Below, one piece after another: positions 53,249 to 62,523 of a stretch of DNA of 64,000 bases. The notes under the pieces are model-generated. The model ran no database searches, was not told the DNA's origin, and saw only the letters and a list, made by a program, of their open reading frames with translations. Within the stretch, counting starts at the first letter, position 1. Every line of letters begins with the position of its first letter. A program made the translations under genes and the position numbers. Source of the stretch: Candidatus Oxydemutatoraceae bacterium (GTDB lineage Bacteria > Pseudomonadota > Gammaproteobacteria > Poriferisulfidales > Oxydemutatoraceae); the NCBI GenBank assembly GCA_965218975.1, contig OZ244717.1:32001-96000 (forward strand). Reading direction: 5' to 3'.

Positions 53249-54261
53249 GGAGGTTTACTGTCAAATAATGGCTTCTGACTTTCCGATTCCCCATTATTTT
53301 TGCCCTTGATATTCAGTTGCTTACTAAGGGTATTGCGCTCCCAAAAAACACCGCCGGAATAACCCTGAATAGTTTTGTCCGCTTCCGCCATTTCAAGTCG
53401 CTTTTCTGCAAGACAGCCGTAAAACTCATCTATTTCAATTCCTACATAGTTTCTACCCAGTTTTTTGGCAACAACCGATGTAGTGCCCGAACCGAGAAAT
53501 GGGTCAAAAACTATATGCTCGGGCTTTGAGCTTGCGAGGAGAATTTTTGCGACAAGCTTTTCCGGCTTTTGTGTCGGGTGATCCGTGTTCTCCGACATAG
53601 ACCAAAATGGGATGGTCATATCAGTCCAAATGTTCGAAGGATGGGTTAAACGATATTTGCCGTTCTCATCCTCGCTCCAATCTTTCTCTCTGCCGAAACC
53701 ATCACGATAAGGAGCAATAACCTTTCTTTTCATTTTCACCGCGTCAACATCAAAATGATAATCTCTTGACATGGTGCAAAACCAAATATCCTCGGAGCTA
53801 TTTTTCCAGTTTGTTTTTGCGCCCCGCCCTTTTTCTCTTTCAAATGTAATACGGTTTTGAATCGCAAAATACTTTCGCGCGACATTGAAAATTGCGCCGG
53901 ATGATTTCCAATCGCCACAGATGTAGATTGATGCGGTTGGCTTCAAAAGCCGAACCATTTTGCTTACCCAAGAATCAAACCACTTTGCGTATTTCTCCGA
54001 TTCCATTGCCTTGAAAGTAGTGAGATTGAAAGTTTTGTTGAGATTGTATGGCGGGTCGATGAAAACAAGATCAATAAACTGGTCCGGCAGATGATCAAGT
54101 GTATCGAAAATATCTTGTTGTATTGTCGTATTCAAGATTTCATCAACAGAAATCGGCTTATCGATTTTGATAAGTCGTTTTTTGTATCTCTCCTTCTCGC
54201 TATCGCTCAAGTCAATGGTGCGATTGCGTGGAGCGCGCTGTTTTGTCGTGTTATAACTCAT
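53245..54261 (-). CDS. Site-specific amino (N4-C/N6-A) DNA methyltransferase, beta class
   Basis: DPPY precedes HPTQKP and DPFLGSGTT. Confidence 0.93.
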   Translation of the reverse strand: MSYNTTKQRAPRNRTIDLSDSEKERYKKRLIKIDKPISVDEILNTTIQQDIFDTLDHLPDQFIDLVFIDPPYNLNKTFNLTTFKAMESEKYAKWFDSWVSKMVRLLKPTASIYICGDWKSSGAIFNVARKYFAIQNRITFEREKGRGAKTNWKNSSEDIWFCTMSRDYHFDVDAVKMKRKVIAPYRDGFGREKDWSEDENGKYRLTHPSNIWTDMTIPFWSMSENTDHPTQKPEKLVAKILLASSKPEHIVFDPFLGSGTTSVVAKKLGRNYVGIEIDEFYGCLAEKRLEMAEADKTIQGYSGGVFWERNTLSKQLNIKGKNNGESESQKPLFDSKPP

Positions 54262-54432
54262 GTTTAATAAATCAAATCATCAACTCCCACATCAACAATA
54301 TTGGCAATTTTAGCAAGCGTCTCAATAGTCAGAGTTCGGGCTGTGTCGCCCGCTGAAAAACCCCTCCCCTCCGACAAGTGTGGCTAGCAAGGCAACAAGC
54401 TACCCGGCGCTTTCCCCAAAAGCAAAATACGG

Positions 54433-54522
54433 CGGAGAGGGCGGGATTCGAACCCGCGTGCCGACTTACATCGACCATCTGATTTCGAGTCAGCGCCGTT
54501 ATGACCGCTTCGGTACCTCTCC
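54433..54522 (-). tRNA. tRNA-Ser(CGA)
   Basis: GGAGAGG acceptor stem, CT-CGA-AA anticodon loop, long variable arm, GGTTCGAATCC; CCA not encoded. Confidence 0.95.
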
Positions 54523-54687
54523 GTTAGTAAAGCACTGAGGGACACTGTCTGTCTATAGCATTCGCTTTACTCTCTTAAAAGCGCATTTCGACCTGACATC
54601 CGTGCCAAAGACGCTTCCATAGCATCTTTTCTCATCAACTAACAGTTCCGCAAATTGGCAACTCTTTGTCAGATTAAGCAACTTTGG

Positions 54688-55317
54688 CTAGCTTTGCGCA
54701 AGTAGCTCCTTTAATAACCCTTCAATTGCACTAGCGCGACGGCTCCCTTTGTGAATCTCTCCGACAAAAACACCGCGAATATTACCTCGCTTATCAATCA
54801 CATAGTACGCAGGCCAATACTTATTCCGCATGGCTCGCCAGTAGCTGAAATCATTGTCGATCATGATCGGATGATGCAACTCAAACTCCGCAGATTTCCG
54901 GCGAACGTTGTCGATATCACGCTCGTGATCAAACTCCGGCGAATGCACACCGATGATTTGGAAAGCGTCACCATCAAACCGCTGCTCAACGGAACGCAAC
55001 CATGGAAATGAACGATAGCAATTCCAACAATCAAAAGTCCAAAAATCTATCAGAACCACCTTGCCTCTCAACTCAGAAAGCTTCAACGGTTCAGAGTTTA
55101 ACCATTCGGTCGGTTGTCTATGAGTGAATTCAGGCGCTACAGTGGGTCGCGCCAATTTACCGAAAGGAGTTGCCGCCGCAGGAAGCGACAGTGCGGATAG
55201 AATATAAAACGCAATCAGGCCCCATGCCATAACCCGTACGTATTGCTTATATCCATAAACGGTTTTGTGTTGGTCAGTCACGAGTGAATACCTCCTATGA
55301 TACATCAGCGCTATCAT
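54688..55317 (-). CDS. Exported redoxin (DipZ-like thioredoxin domain)
   Basis: WLNS.PL, DFWTFDCWNC, GVHSPEF, N.YWPA motifs; start uncertain. Confidence 0.85.
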   Translation of the reverse strand: MIALMYHRRYSLVTDQHKTVYGYKQYVRVMAWGLIAFYILSALSLPAAATPFGKLARPTVAPEFTHRQPTEWLNSEPLKLSELRGKVVLIDFWTFDCWNCYRSFPWLRSVEQRFDGDAFQIIGVHSPEFDHERDIDNVRRKSAEFELHHPIMIDNDFSYWRAMRNKYWPAYYVIDKRGNIRGVFVGEIHKGSRRASAIEGLLKELLAQS

Positions 55318-55449
55318 ACACTAGTACGTGCGGTTGCCTATTCACTGTATAGGTCCATAACATTCACCACATCGGGTGATGCTTTAGCTATGCCACTGAT
55401 ACAACCGTCCGTCCGATTCTTTATTAGATGCCCGGCATAACTTATCTCC

Positions 55450-57043
55450 TGTACAGTGCCAGATACATGTGGGATTCACGGCACGACTCAAAAAGGTAAC
55501 CGATATGCAATATCAGCACATCGGCCACCGCATCAAAGGTTTCTATATGAGCCAATTTTGCTTCAAAAATAGAGGCTCATAAACACAACGGCTCAACAGA
55601 AATATGATGCCCTATTATTTTGGGAGGGTTGTAACTCCCGAACGCATTCAAGATCAATCGCAGTACTTTGTACCGCTGGCGCCGGCGTTATCGCCGCATT
55701 GGCCTCAGCGCCTTACATGATTGCGGCAAAGCGCCGCGTAAGAGGCGCCAGCGGATTGTCAGCAAAGTGCTTGTCGTCCATGACGAGACTTGGTTCTGTC
55801 AATGAACGCCAGCCCCGACGTCCTTGTCGAGTCGTTCGCCGCTGAAAACCGATCGGTTTTCCGGGCGCGTCTCACCCTGCCCGAGTGTCTGCACGATTGC
55901 GCGCCTGATCGCAGATGCGCCGGATAAAATGCGCTGTATTCCGCAGCGGCTGAATGCCAAAGGACAAACAAAACGACCGTTTAAGCGCCGTTGCAGGGCA
56001 CGCAAGCCGAAACACTTCAAAGCACAGTATCCGGGGCATTGCATCGCCCTGGATACGATTGTGCGTGATCAGCACGGAGTACGCCGCTACGTCTTAACGG
56101 CCATCAATGCCTATACCCGAATGGCAATAGCAGTGGCAACCAACCGCTGTAACAGCCACAACGCAGCCGCATTCCTGCGCCTGGCAGAATTTCGGCAGCA
56201 GTAAAGTCTTTGAGCTGATGAAACCATTTTGTGTTTGCTGCCGGATTGTCGGCGGATTGTGCCGGATTGTCAGCGCAGTGCCTGTCGTCCATGACGAGAC
56301 TTGGTTCTGTCAATGAGCGCCAGCCCCGACATCCTTGTCGGGTCGTTCGCCGCTGAAAACCAATTGGTTTTCCGGGCGCGTCTCACCCATGACGAGACTT
56401 GGTTCTGTCAATGAGCGCCAGCCCCGACGTCCTTGTCGGGTCGTTCGCCGCTGAAAACCGATCGGTTTTCCGGGCGCGTCTCACCCTGACGGACGGCGGG
56501 AGTGAGTTTCAAGGACAGTTTGCCCGGCTCATCCGGGAATCACCCGTGATTGAGCAGTGGCTGACCTATCCCAAGTGTCCAAAAATGAACGCGCACATCG
56601 AGTGCTTCAACCGCACCGTCCAAGAAGATTGTATCGATCATGCAAAAGACCTGCTATTCGCCGATACGGAAGCATTCAATGACCGGTTATGAAACCGTTT
56701 TGTGTTTGTTGGCGGATTTTCGGCACAGTGCCTGTCATCCATGACGAGACTTGGTTCTGTCAATGAGCGCCAGCCCCGACGTCCTTGTCGGGTCGTTCAC
56801 CGCTGAAAACCAATTGGTTTTCCGGGCGCGTCTCACCCATGACGAGACTTGGTTCTGTCAATGAGCGCCAGCCCCGACGTCCTTGTCGGGTCGTTCGCCA
56901 CTGAAAACCGATCGGTTTTCCGGGCACGTCTCACCCTACACCGTCCTCATGCCGGCAACGGACAGAAAGCACCGGTCCGAATGTTACTGCCGAACGCTTC
57001 CTCCGAAGCCCTTCAAAAATCCCATTTAGGGTGGCATCGTACA
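55450..57043 (+). mobile_element. IS481-family element, non-autonomous copy 2 with both IRs and a target duplication
   Basis: Left IR TGTACAGTGCCAGATACATGTGGGA; right IR ...TCCCATTTAGGGTGGCATCGTACA; flanks ATCTCC/ATCTCT (6 bp, 1 mismatch). ATG at 55505 (MQYQHIGHRIKGFY). DDE fragments IALDTI, LTDGGSEF, HIECFNRT. Confidence 0.9.
55779..56935. repeat. Five copies of the 98-bp unit, reverse orientation (55779, 56290, 56388, 56740, 56838)
   Basis: CATGACGAGACTTGGTTCTGTCAATGA...CCGGGCGCGTCTCACC; two tandem pairs. Confidence 0.97.
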
Positions 57044-57198
57044 ATCTCTTTACGCTAGTTCTCTATAAATCATAATACGGCTTGCGGAAAATAATCCTCT
57101 ACACTTTACTCTTACTCATACTCAGTCACGGCACAATAGACAAGTAATATGCAGACTTGGAGGGAAACCTGTTGTCCGAACTGTGCCCTTTGATGAAA

Positions 57199-58218
57199 TT
57201 ATTTCTTCAGATCGTTAGCACATTTCACTGACAAGCGCATGCTACACCTTTCTCCTTTTCCTATCTTTAGGTATAAGGCGCTGTAAAAGCGTAGCTTTTG
57301 AAAATACGATGACTTAAACTCAAGTATCGGTCCGCCGTGATATTTATGCTGTCGAAAAAAATATATCATCCCATATATTGATAATTTCATCAGAAACTTT
57401 ACGGGCAGGGTTAAAGTCTTAGACAAGAAACGTAAGGCTGGCCATATAGGCACGGGCTTCAGGGATTGGTCATTTGTCTGCTTGAATCCGATGTGCTTAC
57501 GGGAGTGTCGGCGCTTTGCTTCCGGGTCTCCATGATGTATACCTGATTTAAACATTGAAAGATCGCTGATTACTTTCCCGTGCTCCACCAATCTTTTTCC
57601 TCTCAATGAATAATAGGCAGACAGCGAATACGTAGTATTAAACAATCGGTTGTCAGTATTCACTATAATAGGGTAAGCAAGCCGAACCCATTCTTCCGCC
57701 AGGGAACGTCGAATGAGATAGGCTTGCACACCTGTCACGAGTCCGTGCGGTAAACCCACCGTGTAATCTTTATAAGGGCGCCAGGTTTTTCGGTACCACA
57801 TAATAACTTTAGCATCCGGCTTGGGTAATGAACGGGACAAATGTACAATTTTCCAATCGTCGGGTAACTTGTCGCGATGTTCAAGAAAGGGAACGATATC
57901 GGGTGAGATATATACATCATCTTCCAGCACCAGCGCTTCGGAGAGGCTGCGCTCGCAGATGATCCGTGCTGCTTTGACATGGCTCATATAGCAACCTATT
58001 TCACCCAAAGACATTCCGCGTCCCCAATACCGAAGGGTTATCTGTCTGTTATAGACACGATTTAATTCTTCCGTTGTTATTTCATTGCCGTCAATGGCAT
58101 CAACAAATTCGTATTGCAGACCGATATCGCCCAACATTTCTCTCATGTGAACGCGGCGCTCTTTGGAATGAGCCAAATTGATGACGAAAATTGCCGGTAA
58201 AGCACTTTTTGTTTGCAT
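57199..58218 (-). CDS. Glycosyltransferase family 25 protein
   Basis: FVINL..S.ERR, F.DAIDG, GEIGCY.SH, LVLEDD motifs. Confidence 0.92.
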   Translation of the reverse strand: MQTKSALPAIFVINLAHSKERRVHMREMLGDIGLQYEFVDAIDGNEITTEELNRVYNRQITLRYWGRGMSLGEIGCYMSHVKAARIICERSLSEALVLEDDVYISPDIVPFLEHRDKLPDDWKIVHLSRSLPKPDAKVIMWYRKTWRPYKDYTVGLPHGLVTGVQAYLIRRSLAEEWVRLAYPIIVNTDNRLFNTTYSLSAYYSLRGKRLVEHGKVISDLSMFKSGIHHGDPEAKRRHSRKHIGFKQTNDQSLKPVPIWPALRFLSKTLTLPVKFLMKLSIYGMIYFFRQHKYHGGPILEFKSSYFQKLRFYSALYLKIGKGERCSMRLSVKCANDLKK

Positions 58219-58415
58219 AATGATTGAAGCCTAATCCTGCGTTGACAAAAATTTAGAGTGTACTTTATTTTATTAAAGGATTAAAATCCAAAAAGTGTTT
58301 TTAAGGTGCCGGATCAGTTTGCTATCATTAAAACTACTTTGCCATAGATAAACTTGATTGGACTTTCCCGGCTATTTTTATATAAACGAAAGGACTTCAG
58401 TATAATAATATTGCG

Positions 58416-59801
58416 ATGCTCAATAAAGTTTTTATATTCTCTGCCGCCGTCCTGATGCTTTCTGCCTGCATGACATTACCTGATGCTCCCGACGCATCGC
58501 TGCCTCCCCCCGACCGGCATGGTGTGACTGAGTTTACTCTTAGCAACGGTATGAAAATCATTGTGAAAGAAGATCATCGTTCGCCCGTTCTGGTCACGCA
58601 ATTTTGGTATAAAGTCGGCGCAAGCGACGAACCAAACGGCCTAACCGGAATCTCGCATGTGTTAGAGCACATGATGTTCAAAGGCACATCCAAATATCCC
58701 GCCGAAACGTTTACCGAAATCGTCAAACAAAAAGGCGGAAGATACAACGCTTTCACCGGTCCCGATTACACCGCCTATTATGAAGTGTTTGAAAAAAGCC
58801 ACTTAGCGCTCAGCTTTGATTTGGAATCCGATCGGATGGTCAATCTTATCTTGCGTGAGGAAGATTTTGCCAAAGAAATAGAGGTGGTTAAAGAAGAACG
58901 TCGTATGCGCACCGATGATGACCCGCGCGCAAGAGTATGGGAACAACTATATGCAACCGCTTTCAGAAATGCACCTTACGGAAATCCGGTCATCGGATGG
59001 ATGGATGATTTGGACCATCTGACACTGAAAGAGTTGCAAAAATGGTATCAAACTTGGTACTCGCCGAACAATGCTTTTGTCGTGGTCGCCGGTGATGTAA
59101 ACCCGGATGAAGTATATGCCCTCGCATTAAAATATTTGGCGCCGTTACAACCGCGAGCGTTGCCAAATCGGAAGCCTCGACGCGAAATACAACAAGCAGG
59201 CGAACGGCGTTTCACGCTGGAAGCTCCGGCAAAAAAACCCTTTCTTACGATCGCATATAAAGTCCCCAATATTAAAACTTCACCAACCGAATGGGAGCCC
59301 TACGCATTGGTTGTGTTGGCGGGTATATTATCAGGCAGCAGCAGCGCCCGATTTCAGAAAAACTTAATTCGCGGCCGAAAAATCGCTCTCGGGGTCGGCA
59401 CTAATTACGACCCTTATAGTCTGTACGATGATTTGTTTGTCATTACCGGCACACCTCTAGCGGATGTCAGTATCGCACAACTTGAACAAGCAATCGAAGA
59501 AGAGGTTAACCGAGTAAAAACTGAGGGTATTGAAGAAAAAGAATTGGATTTTATCAAAGCAAATTTAACTGCGAATGAGGTTTACAGTCAGGACTCAATT
59601 ACGCGACAAGCTTATAAACTTGGCCAATATGAAGCTATCGGCGTCGGTTGGCGGACTCTGTATGAAAAAACTGATCGTATCCGAAACATAACTCCGGATC
59701 AGGTGCAAGCTGTCGCACGTAAATATTTAAGCAAACAAGTGAAAACTGTGGGGCAATTAGCCCCCCAGCCTATCTCGCTCAATGATTCCGATATTCAATA
59801 A
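58416..59801 (+). CDS. M16 (pitrilysin-family) zinc peptidase, lipoprotein
   Basis: LSAC lipobox; L.NG, WYKVG..DE, HVLEHMMFKG, EERRMR motifs. Confidence 0.93.
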   Translation: MLNKVFIFSAAVLMLSACMTLPDAPDASLPPPDRHGVTEFTLSNGMKIIVKEDHRSPVLVTQFWYKVGASDEPNGLTGISHVLEHMMFKGTSKYPAETFTEIVKQKGGRYNAFTGPDYTAYYEVFEKSHLALSFDLESDRMVNLILREEDFAKEIEVVKEERRMRTDDDPRARVWEQLYATAFRNAPYGNPVIGWMDDLDHLTLKELQKWYQTWYSPNNAFVVVAGDVNPDEVYALALKYLAPLQPRALPNRKPRREIQQAGERRFTLEAPAKKPFLTIAYKVPNIKTSPTEWEPYALVVLAGILSGSSSARFQKNLIRGRKIALGVGTNYDPYSLYDDLFVITGTPLADVSIAQLEQAIEEEVNRVKTEGIEEKELDFIKANLTANEVYSQDSITRQAYKLGQYEAIGVGWRTLYEKTDRIRNITPDQVQAVARKYLSKQVKTVGQLAPQPISLNDSDIQ

Positions 59802-61116
59802 CGATGCGCGTCGGAAAATTATTGTTTTGAGCATGCTGTGTGCTATGTTCGGTAATGCCTATGCAGGTGTAAAAATTGAACATTGGAAAACGCAGAACAA
59901 TGTACCGATATATTTCGTGCCCCTACCGGAACTTCCGATGATTGACATTAAATTACAATTTAGAGCCGGCGCGAGCCACGACGACAAACTACCGGGCATT
60001 GCATCAATGACAACCGCCTTACTCCGAACCGGCGCCAAAGGAATGGACGTAGTTGCAATCAACGAAGCTTTTGACAGCATCGGCGCACGCTTCGCTACAG
60101 GTGCCGGCTATGACGGCATTAGCGTTTCTTTACGCAGCTTGACTGAAAAGCAATACTTAAATAAAGGCCTGCAAACATTTTTACATGTGTTGTCTCAACC
60201 GACATTCCCATTAGATGAGATAGAACTCAACAGAAAAAAAGCTTTATTAAATATCCGTGCCGTCAAAGAAAAACCCGGCAATGTCGCCAATCAACATTTT
60301 CGTGAAAATATATACTCCGGTCACGTTTACGAGCACGCTGTTATCGGGAAGGAAGAAAGTGTGAAACGCATCACCGCTGAAGACATTCGCCGCTACTACA
60401 ACACTTATTTCGTTACTGAGAATCTAGTTATCACCGCTGTCGGAGCGGTGTCAAGACAGGAATTTGAAACCATCGCCGAGCGGATTGCTAACTCTTTACC
60501 CAAAGGCAAAAAAGCCAAACCGGTTGAACCGGTGCCGCCCTTACAAGAAGCAAAAGAAGTTTATGTCCCTTTTCCCTCGCAGCAAGCGCATATTAAAATT
60601 GGCCAGCCTTTGATTGAAGCAGGTAACCCTGATTTTTTCGCCCTATACCTCGGCAACCATATCCTCGGTGGCAGCGGCTTTGGTTCGCGGTTATTAGAAG
60701 AAATTCGCGTAAAACGCGGTCTTGCATACAGCAGCAGTAGTTATTTCAATACCCGTGTCGCCGCCGGACCATTTACGATCGGTTTCCAAACGCAAATTAA
60801 TCAAACGCGGAAGGCGACTAAAGTTGCTTTCGAAACGCTTAATGAGTTTGTAGAGAAAGGTCCGACCGACAAGGAAATTAAATTGTCTATAGAAAGTATC
60901 AGAAATAATTTTGCATTAAGAATGACTAGCAATAGAAGTATTCATAATGCCATCGGTAAAATCGCGTTTCATGAACTCGGCATCGACTATTTCGATTACT
61001 ACTTGGAACAATTCAACCATTTGGATGCCGATAAAGTACTCGCCGCTTTGCAAAAACACCTTCATCCTGAAAAAATGGTCACTGTTATCGTCGGAGGAAA
61101 TAAACTACGGAATTAG
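59782..61116 (+). CDS. M16 peptidase partner subunit lacking HxxEH
   Basis: LPM.DI...F.AG, LGG.GFGSRL..E.R.KRGLAYS motifs; no zinc motif. Confidence 0.9.
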   Translation: MIPIFNNDARRKIIVLSMLCAMFGNAYAGVKIEHWKTQNNVPIYFVPLPELPMIDIKLQFRAGASHDDKLPGIASMTTALLRTGAKGMDVVAINEAFDSIGARFATGAGYDGISVSLRSLTEKQYLNKGLQTFLHVLSQPTFPLDEIELNRKKALLNIRAVKEKPGNVANQHFRENIYSGHVYEHAVIGKEESVKRITAEDIRRYYNTYFVTENLVITAVGAVSRQEFETIAERIANSLPKGKKAKPVEPVPPLQEAKEVYVPFPSQQAHIKIGQPLIEAGNPDFFALYLGNHILGGSGFGSRLLEEIRVKRGLAYSSSSYFNTRVAAGPFTIGFQTQINQTRKATKVAFETLNEFVEKGPTDKEIKLSIESIRNNFALRMTSNRSIHNAIGKIAFHELGIDYFDYYLEQFNHLDADKVLAALQKHLHPEKMVTVIVGGNKLRN

Positions 61117-61123
61117 CCGGGGC

Positions 61124-61681
61124 ATGTATCGCAAATCGCAGCTGCGTATTATTGGTGGTGACTGGCGCAGTCGTAAGTTACAATTCCCGGATATACCGGA
61201 TATACGCCCATCGCCGCAGCGGGTTCGCGAAACGCTATTCAACTGGTTGACGCCTAAAATAGAAGGCGCTACTTGTTTGGATTTGTTTGCCGGTAGCGGT
61301 GCGCTAAGCTTTGAAGCGGTTTCCAGAGGTGCGACGAGCGCCATCTTGATTGAATGCAATATGGAAATATGCGCCCAAATAAAAATTGAAGCGCAGCGTT
61401 TCGGAACAAAAAAAATAAATGCCGTGTGCGCCCGAAGCGAACAGTATATTAAGCAAACAAAGCAAAGTTACGACATCATATTTGTTGACCCTCCGTTCTA
61501 TCGGAAACTAGTTGAAACGACTATCATGCAGCTATCTGCGAGTGATTGTGTTTTACCTAAAAAAACGTTGGTTTATGTTGAACATGAAGCGGAAAAATCA
61601 CTAGAGCTTCCGCCAAACTGGCAATGGTGGCGTCAATCACGCGCCGGCGAGGTCGGATATGGACTGTTAATAGTTGCCTGA
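61124..61681 (+). CDS. rsmD: 16S rRNA m2G966 methyltransferase
   Basis: LRIIGG.WRSR, RVRETLFNWL, DLFAGSGAL, DPPF; start set at ATG 61124. Confidence 0.95.
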   Translation: MYRKSQLRIIGGDWRSRKLQFPDIPDIRPSPQRVRETLFNWLTPKIEGATCLDLFAGSGALSFEAVSRGATSAILIECNMEICAQIKIEAQRFGTKKINAVCARSEQYIKQTKQSYDIIFVDPPFYRKLVETTIMQLSASDCVLPKKTLVYVEHEAEKSLELPPNWQWWRQSRAGEVGYGLLIVA

Positions 61682-61756
61682 TAACATTTCATGTTAATCG
61701 TTAACTGGTAAATACTATAATATAAGGATGATTAACCAAACGTTATTGCATTGACT

Positions 61757-62507
<751 letters not shown>

Positions 62508-62523
62508 CCCTACGGCTAAAGCT

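Noticed and set aside
55779-55876. Group II intron remnant or integron attC site
   Set aside because: No recognisable domain V, GUGYG start or RYYYAAC/GTTRRRY cores in the unit.
60947-61123. Long N-terminal extension of RsmD, and likewise 62154-62264 for the ferredoxin
   Set aside because: Overlaps upstream genes; family-typical starts are at 61124 and 62265.
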